From: Candidatus Latescibacterota bacterium
GTDB taxonomy: Bacteria > Latescibacterota > UBA2968
Direction: 5' to 3'
NCBI GenBank assembly: GCA_965207885.1
Contig: OZ242311.1
Coordinates: forward strand, 5,216,001-5,280,000
Length of the DNA stretch: 64,000 nt
The notes under the pieces were generated by a model. The model did no database searches. It was given only the letters and a program-made list of their open reading frames with translations, and was not told the origin of the DNA. This document shows positions 39,764 through 48,107 of the stretch, piece after piece (the first letter of the stretch is position 1; each line of letters starts with the position of its first letter). A program made the position numbers and the translations under genes.

Positions 39764-40889
39764 ATATGTTTATCGCAGCATTGTGGTCTCTGTCCGTCTT
39801 ATAGCCACACGCCTTGCAATGATGCACACGCTGAGAAAGTGGTTTTTTCTCTCTATGTCCGCATGCCGAGCAATCTTGTGACGTGTGCTTAGGATCAACG
39901 GCCTTGAATCCAATACCAGCCTCTTCCGCTTTGTATTCGAGACAATGCCGAAACAGGGACCACGCTACGTCGGCTATTGATTTAGCCAATCGTCTGTTCT
40001 TTTGCATCTCTTGAACGTCCAATTTCTCGACAGCTATGAAATTGTGACGATTGACCATTTTTCTTGATTCTTGATGTGCAAAGTTGTGACGCTTATTACG
40101 GATACGCTCATGCACTCTACCAATGACTTTACGACGTTTTTCTTTTGTGGCGTCGGTCTTGGGTCTTTTTTTCACCGCGTCCCATTTGCGCTGTGCTTTG
40201 GCAAGCGTTTTTTCCTCTTTGCGAAAGAATCTTTGATTCTCTATTTTCTGTCCGTCACTGGTCACAGCAAAGGACGTAAGACCCACGTCAATACCAACAG
40301 GCAGGCGATCTTCCGTGCAAGGTATTGGCGGCTCGCCAATATCACAAGAGATAGACGCGAACCACTTACCCGTCGCCGTGCGCGTGATTGTGCAAGACTT
40401 AGGGACACCTTCAAGTGGCCTATGCTGGACAACACGAATGCAACCAATACTGCCCAATCGCAAGCCCTTGTCGTCCAATCGGCATCCATTGGCAAACTGA
40501 GGATAGGTGATAGAATCATAACGATTCTCATTCTTGTATCTGGGAAAGCCAGCTTTCTCGCCTGTCTTTGACTTCTCTTTGAGACGCCGAAAGAATCCTT
40601 TGAATGCAAGATCAACCCGTACCGAGACCTGTTGCAACACCTGACTATACACTGGCTTGAAAGCAACGTGCTGCTGTTTCAGCATTGGCAATGTCGCCTG
40701 TTGCTCATAGCACGACAGACTTTCTTTATTCTTTGCCCATGCTTGTATTCTGGCACAGAGTAGTTGATTATAGAGAATACGACATTCGTCAATATGCGCC
40801 AGCAAGATTTGTTCTTGCTTTTTGGTCGGACGCAATCTGTATTTAAATGACTTAAACATAATAAAAATATATAGTTATGTGCCGTTTAT
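39691..40889 (-). mobile_element. Non-autonomous IS200/IS605-family (IS1341-like) element, tnpB only
   Basis: Minus strand: TTGAC just outside the left end; right end hairpin followed by GAGTAGTCAC; removal restores ...LLYMGQV* in the host gene. Confidence 0.85.
39732..40859 (-). CDS. tnpB: RNA-guided endonuclease TnpB
   Basis: FKYRLRPT HTH, GFPRYK, RuvC GIDVG / AVEKL / DRDHNAA, Zn ribbon CSAC...CKAC. Confidence 0.95.
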   Translation of the reverse strand: MFKSFKYRLRPTKKQEQILLAHIDECRILYNQLLCARIQAWAKNKESLSCYEQQATLPMLKQQHVAFKPVYSQVLQQVSVRVDLAFKGFFRRLKEKSKTGEKAGFPRYKNENRYDSITYPQFANGCRLDDKGLRLGSIGCIRVVQHRPLEGVPKSCTITRTATGKWFASISCDIGEPPIPCTEDRLPVGIDVGLTSFAVTSDGQKIENQRFFRKEEKTLAKAQRKWDAVKKRPKTDATKEKRRKVIGRVHERIRNKRHNFAHQESRKMVNRHNFIAVEKLDVQEMQKNRRLAKSIADVAWSLFRHCLEYKAEEAGIGFKAVDPKHTSQDCSACGHREKKPLSQRVHHCKACGYKTDRDHNAAINILTLGLQRQAD

Positions 40890-40894
40890 GTCAA
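40866..40894 (-). promoter_or_regulatory. Sigma70-type promoter for tnpB spanning the insertion junction
   Basis: TTGACA-17 bp-TATATT, 6 nt before ATG (leaderless). Confidence 0.6.
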
Positions 40895-41002
40895 GTGTAA
40901 TATGGAATAAACCTTGTTGATGAAGTGCTGGCGCACTTGTACACCGCTCCACCGCCCATATTGCCTTGTGCAATGTGCCACCGTGCTAAAGCACCACACC
41001 AT

Positions 41003-41030
41003 AAGCATGTCCCTGCGAAAGCAGGGATTC
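41003..41030. repeat. Partial REP-like hairpin
   Basis: AAGCATGTCCCTG identical to 36140-36152; TCCCTGC-GAAA-GCAGGGA stem-loop. Confidence 0.55.
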
Positions 41031-41161
41031 GTAAGCCCTTCGCCATGCGACCCAACGCTAAAGCTCTCTGCGAGTGGGCCTTACGGGCTATTAGATAAGA
41101 GGTAAGACGCGAGATACCCCAGCCCCTGTCCCCAGCTTTAAGGCGCCTCAGGAGACCTGTT

Positions 41162-41719
41162 ATGAAACGATGGCTTTTGTGTTTTGCACTGTTTGCGTTG
41201 TACACGGGATGTGGTACGTCCAACCCCGTGACACCTGAACCAGAACCACCTGCTGAAAATACGTACGACCACGTCACCGCGGATGAAGCCGATGCCTATA
41301 TCGCCGACATCGACCGGGTGTTTACATCTATTGAAGTCTTTTTTGTGGAATACGGCGGCGTAACCGCCGAAGTCACGAATGACCTGGTCACAGTCTATTG
41401 GTCGCGGCAATTTATAAGCAACATGATCGCGCGGATTCACGCCATTCAATCTACCTTGCACGGCATACGTCCTGAAAATCCGTACCTGCTCAAATTGCAC
41501 ATCGAGGAATTTGAAGCTGCTTTTGCAGACTATCTCGATGGAGCCACTTTTCTTCAGCAAAATCTCGATTTTATGACGCCAGAAGTTCTTGATGGTCTGA
41601 ACAGGCGCATGGGAGCTGGCAATGTACACATCATTCGCCTGCAGATCTTCCTGCGCGACCTGATCGGCCTACCAGTGACTTTCGGCGGCGATTTCCCTAG
41701 AGATGGGCAGACTTTTTAG
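41162..41719 (+). CDS. Hypothetical helical lipoprotein
   Basis: AGGAG RBS; lipobox YTGC; Pro-rich linker. Confidence 0.75.
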   Translation: MKRWLLCFALFALYTGCGTSNPVTPEPEPPAENTYDHVTADEADAYIADIDRVFTSIEVFFVEYGGVTAEVTNDLVTVYWSRQFISNMIARIHAIQSTLHGIRPENPYLLKLHIEEFEAAFADYLDGATFLQQNLDFMTPEVLDGLNRRMGAGNVHIIRLQIFLRDLIGLPVTFGGDFPRDGQTF

Positions 41720-41743
41720 ACTTTGAAATCCGAGGATTGAAGT

Positions 41744-42886
41744 GTGACCTATACAAAGCATTTTCGATTATTGGGACTATTAATCCTGCTGTGTTCTGTG
41801 GGACAGGCGGATGCCCTCTCGCAATTTGCATTATTGACGGCCAATCGATGTGTGAACTGTCACATCACCGCGCAGGGCGGGGCACAGCGAGACGAGTTGG
41901 GGCAGTATTCAATGGACGGCGTGGGATTGCTCGCGCCCAATTACGTCTTACCGGGCAAAACCGCTTATGCCGATGGCCTGGTACTCATGGGTGCGGATCT
42001 CCGAGGACAAATGGCGCGATCACATACATCGCCAGAAGCCGAGCGCAAAGTATTTCCGATGCAAGTCGCGCTATACAGTGTTGTCCGCCCCTCAAATGCC
42101 CTGAAAATCGAAGGCTCTTATAATTTTGGACCCGAAAAATACGCGGGACAGCGTGCGTGGACAGCATCGGCAATATATCAACCCAATTACAACTGGCCCG
42201 CATTGCGCATCGGGCATTTTCAGCCAACTATCGGCATGCGGTATGACGACCACACCATGCTCGTGCGACAAACGCCCGATGTTGTCGGAGCTACATCGCT
42301 AATTGCACCAAATTACGCAGAATATGGCGCAGAAGTACACTATTACAAAAAATTGTGGCTATCGCTAACCGCAGGCATTTATTCTGCCCGCGCACTCTCT
42401 GAAAACACCGTACAAGACGCCTCCTTGATCGAAGACCGCGACAAACCCTCATACCTGGGGCGCATCGTATTGTGGCCCAGATTGATCGAGCAAAGAATGA
42501 ATTTTTATCTGGGAGGATCGTGGCTCAAAAACGGCGACTTTTTGATGACAAATCTCTTTGCGGGCGTCGGATTGCAGGACAAGATCGCCCTCATGGCCGA
42601 ATATGTCCTATCCGATAAGGAAGGTGTGCGAGAAGCAAAAACCGCCTCGGTCGATATCACCCTTCAAGCAATACCTGGACTGCTTTTGTTCGCGCGGGGG
42701 GAAACCGGCGAAGTAACGCATATCCGCACATCAGCGCGCTCTGTTGATCTGATAACACGACAGGCCGTATTGGGCCTGCAAATATTTTTAACACCGCAAA
42801 TTGAATTGCGCCCCGAGTATCGCATCCTCGACACAGAAACCTTCCGCTCATCGCGCTACGCATTACAACTGCATGTGTTTTATTAG
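41744..42886 (+). CDS. Outer-membrane beta-barrel protein with N-terminal CxxCH motif
   Basis: Signal peptide, CVNCH, amphipathic strands, C-terminal LQLHVFY. Confidence 0.75.
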   Translation: MTYTKHFRLLGLLILLCSVGQADALSQFALLTANRCVNCHITAQGGAQRDELGQYSMDGVGLLAPNYVLPGKTAYADGLVLMGADLRGQMARSHTSPEAERKVFPMQVALYSVVRPSNALKIEGSYNFGPEKYAGQRAWTASAIYQPNYNWPALRIGHFQPTIGMRYDDHTMLVRQTPDVVGATSLIAPNYAEYGAEVHYYKKLWLSLTAGIYSARALSENTVQDASLIEDRDKPSYLGRIVLWPRLIEQRMNFYLGGSWLKNGDFLMTNLFAGVGLQDKIALMAEYVLSDKEGVREAKTASVDITLQAIPGLLLFARGETGEVTHIRTSARSVDLITRQAVLGLQIFLTPQIELRPEYRILDTETFRSSRYALQLHVFY

Positions 42887-42954
42887 AGCAGTCAGCGGTG
42901 GGAGATATGAAAAGTGAGGGGTGAGAGACAAAGACAGGAAACTGGAATTACTGA

Positions 42955-43368
42955 TCACGGATTTCTATATCCTATACCCCATATTCGGAACAAATCGCGA
43001 AATCCATTATCAGAACTTTTCGAGAAATCTATCATTTGAAAGATGGACAATGTCCAGGACAGTTTTTCATAATCACAATCTCGATATAATACAGGAATAA
43101 TTTTTTCTGCAAAATGAGATTGGTCAAGGGCGAAAAGCAGTTCTCTTTTTACCCAACGAGATTCCACAGAGTTAGGTGAGAGTATAATCACAAACCAATC
43201 ACATCTGTTCAGTGCCATACCAATTTCGTCATGCCATTGCTGGGCACCTAAAATATCAGTGCGACTATACCAGGCAGGAACACCGTGATCACGTATTACA
43301 TTCGCTAAATGTGATACAAACTCTCGATCATTGTCCGAATGGGAAAGGAAGACTTCTTCAGGTAGCAT
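42955..43368 (-). CDS. Stand-alone TIR domain protein
   Basis: VFLSHS, ILSPNSVESRWVKREL, IIPV. Confidence 0.9.
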   Translation of the reverse strand: MLPEEVFLSHSDNDREFVSHLANVIRDHGVPAWYSRTDILGAQQWHDEIGMALNRCDWFVIILSPNSVESRWVKRELLFALDQSHFAEKIIPVLYRDCDYEKLSWTLSIFQMIDFSKSSDNGFRDLFRIWGIGYRNP

Positions 43369-43394
43369 GGAAGGGTAGTACTTTGGGAGAGAAA

Positions 43395-43805
43395 TTAGGA
43401 AGATGCCTGAAGGGTATCGGCAATTCTGCGAATCCCGTCTTCTTCTGTTTCATGTTCAGTTAAGTCAATGATATTTAAACGCTTTAGAATCCAGGGTATA
43501 TCGTCTTCTGCAATCGTTTTATCCGGATCAATAAGGACAGGGATAAGACGTTTGCGATATTCTTTGGAACCCAGAGCGTATTCTACTTCGCGTTGTACCA
43601 AGACAGATTTTAAGGATTCAGGTGTCAGCAATACAACCATCGCATTAGATTCTTGTAATCCTTGAGAGACTTTAGCTGCCCAATTGTCTCCGGGAAAAAT
43701 CTCATTACTTGCTTCCCAAACATCCAGACCCTGATTTTCAAGAAAAGATGCAACTTTCCTGGCAAACATTTCATCATTATGCGAATGGCTAATAAATATC
43801 TGCAT
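43395..43805 (-). CDS. Stand-alone TIR domain protein
   Basis: MQIFISHSH after GGAG RBS, PGDNW, VQREVEYA, LIPV. Confidence 0.88.
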   Translation of the reverse strand: MQIFISHSHNDEMFARKVASFLENQGLDVWEASNEIFPGDNWAAKVSQGLQESNAMVVLLTPESLKSVLVQREVEYALGSKEYRKRLIPVLIDPDKTIAEDDIPWILKRLNIIDLTEHETEEDGIRRIADTLQASS

Positions 43806-43904
43806 GACAGGTCTCCATTTGAGATATTTTCTAAAATCTCTATGATTCAATTTATCATATAAAGTATAAATAGGCAAGGGCAGTCTCAAAATACGGAGTA
43901 CGCC

Positions 43905-44147
43905 ATGTGGAAAACCGTCAGCGTAATCACATTTATACTCGCGATAGGTATAGGCGCAAAGTGGATAATGGATGGAACACAGATCTTTACGAAGAACAAG
44001 CAGCAAGTGGTGGTAGTAGATGAAATGTTTGGCACTGAGAGCATCGAGTGGAAAGAAGGATTCTGGTTGGGGCTGGACATAGCGGGACCAACAGCGGGCG
44101 TGTTAATCGCAGTGGGTATTTTGGGCTTGTACAAAAGCAGAACATGA
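43905..44147 (+). CDS. Small two-TM membrane protein
   Basis: GGAG RBS; two hydrophobic helices around a beta-hairpin-like loop. Confidence 0.7.
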   Translation: MWKTVSVITFILAIGIGAKWIMDGTQIFTKNKQQVVVVDEMFGTESIEWKEGFWLGLDIAGPTAGVLIAVGILGLYKSRT

Positions 44148-44239
44148 AACTATAATAACTGAACCGCTTAAAGGATCATCTGCCGCTTGTCCCTGTAGCC
44201 GGGCTGAGGCCTCAGTGCAATATCAAAAGGAGATTTTCC

Positions 44240-45544
44240 ATGAACCGTCCCCGATCAGTTACCCAATGCGCCAGTGTTGATCAGTCTGACCGGTGCGTGC
44301 CCATTAATCTCCGCCAGTCCGGCGCGACCCCGGTAGAAATGCTCATTTCCACCCGCGTCCGCAAATCGCCGTATTGGCATCTATCAATGGAGGCTGGGTG
44401 CTGGCGTGCCACCGTGTACAACCGCATATACCACCCGCGCGGCTATGTGCGCCCGCAAGATGGCGGGGCTATGGCCGAATACGACGCGCTGGTCAATCAC
44501 GTCTCGCTGTGGAACGTGGCTGTCGAGCGCCAGATCCAGGTGAAGGGACCAGACGCCGACGCCTTTGTCAACTACGTCATCACTCGCGACGCCACCCTCA
44601 TCAAACCAATGCACGGAAAGTACGTCATCCTCTGCAATGAAGACGGCGGCATACTCAACGACCCGGTGCTGTTGCGCCTCGCCGAGGACGAGTACTGGTT
44701 TTCGCTGGCAGACAGCGACCTGGAGCTGTGGTTGCGCGGTGTCAAAGTAGGACTGGGCTACGATGTGTCCATCGGCGAAATCGATGTGGCACCAGTGCAG
44801 ATTCAAGGGCCGAAGTCCGAGGCATTGATGGTCGATCTGTTTGGCGAGCGCGTGCGCGATATTCCGTTTTATGGCTTGATGGAAGGGGAAGTGGCCGGAC
44901 ATCCAGTCGTGGTTTCGCAAACCGGCTTTAGCGGCGAGAAAGGCTACGAAATTTACCTCAGAGACGCCACTCTGTACGCCGAAGACCTGTGGCACACACT
45001 GCTCGAAATCGGCGAGCGGCACCAACTGATGGTAATTGCCCCGGCCCATCACCGACGCATCGCTGCAGGCATCCTCTCCTGGGGTCAGGACATGGACCAG
45101 GAAACCCTGCCGTTCCAGTGCAATCTCGGCTACCAGGTGCCGCGCAAAAAGCAGACCGCCTACATCGGCAAGCAAAAGCTCAACGAGGTGCGGGCGGCCA
45201 TCGAGGCCGGGAAACCTCCATTTCGCAATGTACTGGTCGGGATCACCTTCGGAGGAATGCCGGTGACGGACTATGCCCACGACTTCTGGCTAATCAGTGC
45301 CGCCGACGATCCGCTCGGCTACGTCACCTCGCCGTGGTTTTCGCCCGAGTTGGAAACCAACATCGCGCTGGCTTATGTGCCCTGGGAAATGCGGGCCATC
45401 GGAACAGCCCTGCGCGTCCACCTCCCCCCCGAATACGGCGACTGCGCGGTACCCGCCGAGATCGTCGAGGTGCCCTTTCGCCCATCGGTAAACCCCAACG
45501 TCCGCGAAGTGGCGCAGCGCAAAGGCCGCGATCACGTCAACTAA
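44240..45544 (+). CDS. GcvT-family THF-dependent aminomethyltransferase/demethylase (DmdA-like)
   Basis: WNVAVERQI, ILNDPVL, QIQGP, TGFSGEKGYE, RIAAG. Confidence 0.85.
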   Translation: MNRPRSVTQCASVDQSDRCVPINLRQSGATPVEMLISTRVRKSPYWHLSMEAGCWRATVYNRIYHPRGYVRPQDGGAMAEYDALVNHVSLWNVAVERQIQVKGPDADAFVNYVITRDATLIKPMHGKYVILCNEDGGILNDPVLLRLAEDEYWFSLADSDLELWLRGVKVGLGYDVSIGEIDVAPVQIQGPKSEALMVDLFGERVRDIPFYGLMEGEVAGHPVVVSQTGFSGEKGYEIYLRDATLYAEDLWHTLLEIGERHQLMVIAPAHHRRIAAGILSWGQDMDQETLPFQCNLGYQVPRKKQTAYIGKQKLNEVRAAIEAGKPPFRNVLVGITFGGMPVTDYAHDFWLISAADDPLGYVTSPWFSPELETNIALAYVPWEMRAIGTALRVHLPPEYGDCAVPAEIVEVPFRPSVNPNVREVAQRKGRDHVN

Positions 45545-45568
45545 CAGGGTGCGCCAGCCGCCGGATAC

Positions 45569-45607
45569 AATAATACGCCCCCCGAAAGGAGGGCGTATTA
45601 TTTTTTT
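45569..45607 (+). terminator. Intrinsic terminator between convergent genes
   Basis: AATAATACGCCC...GGGCGTATTA followed by T7. Confidence 0.85.
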
Positions 45608-45621
45608 AGCATGCCAGGTTC

Positions 45622-48072
45622 TCAGCACTTGAGGCGGGTCATCTGCGGGTCCCATAAGGGTTCGGAGGCGACCGTAGCTGGGAGAGACTCGCCAAAGTAT
45701 TCGATCTCCACATGGGTTCCCACGCGGGCGTGTTGCACCGGCAGATAGCCGTAGGCGATCCCGCGGTCAATGGAGTAGCCATAGTTGGCACTGGTGACAT
45801 AACCGCCTATGCGACCGTTAATCCAAATCGGCTCATTCCCCATGACCACCGAGTTTGGTGCGTCAAGAGTCAGGCAGCAGAGTTTTCGCGTCGAGCCTTG
45901 CACACGAGCCCTGACGAGAGCCGCCCGACCAATGAAGTCCCCCTTCTCCATCCGCACCGCAAAAGCAAGTCCGGCCTCCAGCGGATTGTACTCGGTGTGG
46001 AGTTCGTTGCCCCAAAGTCGATAGCCCTTTTCAAGCCTCAGAGAGTCAAAAGCCCCTAATCCAGCGGCAATCGCGCCGTGGGGCTGGCCAGCTCGCCAAA
46101 GTTCATCCCACAGGGCTTGCCCAAACTCGAACGGCGCGTAAAGTTCCCAGCCGAGTTCGCCGACATAGGAAATCCGCAAAGCAAGAACCGGAATCGCGCC
46201 GATGTCGAGATGCTGCGCGGTCAGGTAGGGAAATGCGCGGTCAGACACGTCGGCATCGGTAGTACGACGCAGTAGTTTCCGCGCCCTGGGACCCCAAACG
46301 CCTATACAACACCAGCGGCTGCTTTCGTCGGACAGAACAACTGAGCCATCTGTGGGCATGTACCGGCGAATCCACGCCTTGTCGCGCTCGGCGGTACTAC
46401 CCCCTGTGATGATGATGAATTGATCGTCGGCAAGGCGTGTTACAGTCAAATCGCACTGGATGCCCCCCTGTGGCGTAAGCATTGAGGTATAGGTAATACG
46501 GCCCTGAGGTTGGTCCACGCGATTGGCGGCCAAATAGTCCAAAAACGCCAGGGCCCCCGGCCCAGATACGCGAAATTTGGCAAATGGAGTCAAGTCAAAA
46601 AGCCCCACGCGCTCGCGGACAGCGCGGTGCTCTGTGCCGATGATCGGCGACCAAAAACGCGCCGCCCAGCCGCTGCGGGTGTGGCTGTGGTCGGTGGAGA
46701 CCGCGTTGGTCTCAAACCACCTGGGCCGTTCCCACCCCGCGCTTTCGACGAAGGCGGCTCCCAGTTCCCGATAGCGTTGGTGGTATGGGAGAAGGCGCAG
46801 GCCGCGCGGGGCGTCTATCGGCTGAGCCGGGTGAATGATGTCATAGACCTCGCGGTATTGCTGCGTACTGCGCTGGACGACGTAGGACGCGGTGCGCTGG
46901 TAGGGAAGAAAGCGGACGAGGTCGGCGTGGCGCAAATCCATGGTTGGCTGACCATTTGCCATCCATTCGGCAACCGCCTTGCCGACACCGCCAGCGTGCG
47001 TGATCCACACCGCCTCAGCCGACCAAAACCCCTTGACGTTAGGGGCTTCGCCGAGCACGGGCATTCCGTCTGGCGTAAACAGCAACAGGCCGTTGACCTT
47101 GCGGGTCAGCGCGGCTCGCCCAAGTGCCGGCAGCAATTCACCAGCCGAGATCATCCCCTCGCGGAAGGCCGCAGGCGACCAGGTACGCATGGAAGGCATC
47201 TCGGGTGCTTGCTCATGCGACTCGATATTCTCCGGCTCGACGCGCACAGGCTCGTGATCGTAAGAACCGATGATGTAGGCCTGGCCCTCCTGCCGACAGT
47301 AGATTGCCCGGTCCTGATGGCGGAGGATGGGATGCCGATGCTGCATGGTTTCCCCAGCGAGTTCGGGCAGAGGAGCTGTTTCGGCGTACAGGTGACAAAA
47401 AGGCACCAGCGGCAGGGAGACGCCGGCCATCTGACCGATCAGGCGCCCCCATATCCCAGCGGCGCAGACAATGGCCTCAGTGCGGATATGCCCGCAATCA
47501 GTGCGGACTCCAGACACGCGACCTCCAACCACGTCAATGCCAGTTACTGTGGTATTTCCATAAAACCTCGCGGCCCCACCAGCCTGGGCGTGATCGGCCA
47601 TAGCCTCGGCCAGTTGCCATGCCCGTGCAATGCCATCGCTGGGCGTGTACAGAGCACCGTAGATCGAGTCGGTCAACAGCGGGATTTTTTCGCGAACCTC
47701 GTCCGGCCCGAGCAAGCCGGTATCAATGCCCCAGGCCCGGCCAGCCCCGACCTTGCGCTTGAGGTCGTCGAACCGCTCGGGCGTCGTCGCGACTTCCAAT
47801 CCCCCGACCTCAAACCAAAATGGCTCGTCGCTGGATGAACTGAGGCGTCGATAGAGCTGGGTCGTCTCGCGTGCAAAAACAGACATCATGCGCGAGACAT
47901 TGACCTGGAAAACGAGGCCGGGGGCGTGGGAGGTCGAACCGCCGGTTTTGAACAGGGGACCCTTTTCCAGGACCACAATGTCCTTCCATCCCAGTTGCCC
48001 CAGATGATAGGCCACGCTGGTACCGGCGATACCGGCACCGATAATAACGACCCGTGCGTGATTTTGTATCAT
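45622..48072 (-). CDS. Dimethylglycine/sarcosine dehydrogenase-oxidase family (FAD + GcvT domains)
   Basis: IIGAGIAG, GSTSHAPG, FTPDG, AVWITH, GWERP, SYVGELGWE, LRLEKGY. Confidence 0.92.
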   Translation of the reverse strand: MIQNHARVVIIGAGIAGTSVAYHLGQLGWKDIVVLEKGPLFKTGGSTSHAPGLVFQVNVSRMMSVFARETTQLYRRLSSSSDEPFWFEVGGLEVATTPERFDDLKRKVGAGRAWGIDTGLLGPDEVREKIPLLTDSIYGALYTPSDGIARAWQLAEAMADHAQAGGAARFYGNTTVTGIDVVGGRVSGVRTDCGHIRTEAIVCAAGIWGRLIGQMAGVSLPLVPFCHLYAETAPLPELAGETMQHRHPILRHQDRAIYCRQEGQAYIIGSYDHEPVRVEPENIESHEQAPEMPSMRTWSPAAFREGMISAGELLPALGRAALTRKVNGLLLFTPDGMPVLGEAPNVKGFWSAEAVWITHAGGVGKAVAEWMANGQPTMDLRHADLVRFLPYQRTASYVVQRSTQQYREVYDIIHPAQPIDAPRGLRLLPYHQRYRELGAAFVESAGWERPRWFETNAVSTDHSHTRSGWAARFWSPIIGTEHRAVRERVGLFDLTPFAKFRVSGPGALAFLDYLAANRVDQPQGRITYTSMLTPQGGIQCDLTVTRLADDQFIIITGGSTAERDKAWIRRYMPTDGSVVLSDESSRWCCIGVWGPRARKLLRRTTDADVSDRAFPYLTAQHLDIGAIPVLALRISYVGELGWELYAPFEFGQALWDELWRAGQPHGAIAAGLGAFDSLRLEKGYRLWGNELHTEYNPLEAGLAFAVRMEKGDFIGRAALVRARVQGSTRKLCCLTLDAPNSVVMGNEPIWINGRIGGYVTSANYGYSIDRGIAYGYLPVQHARVGTHVEIEYFGESLPATVASEPLWDPQMTRLKC

Positions 48073-48107
48073 AGCCCTTTCTTTCGTTGTACACCGAGCC
48101 GCTGATT

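Noticed and set aside
40901-41098. Open frame containing CAMCH (CxxCH)
   Set aside because: No convincing start or RBS and it crosses a REP-like hairpin; likely chance
43806-44006. 67-aa N-terminal extension of the second TIR ORF
   Set aside because: Overlaps the divergent 2-TM gene; a good RBS precedes ATG 43805
44148-44239. Glycine, THF or NiCo riboswitch upstream of the GcvT-like gene
   Set aside because: Only a short hairpin and partial GCCGGG similarity; conserved cores not found
46510-47838. 442-aa + strand ORF
   Set aside because: Antisense shadow of the GC-rich dehydrogenase gene, no motifs
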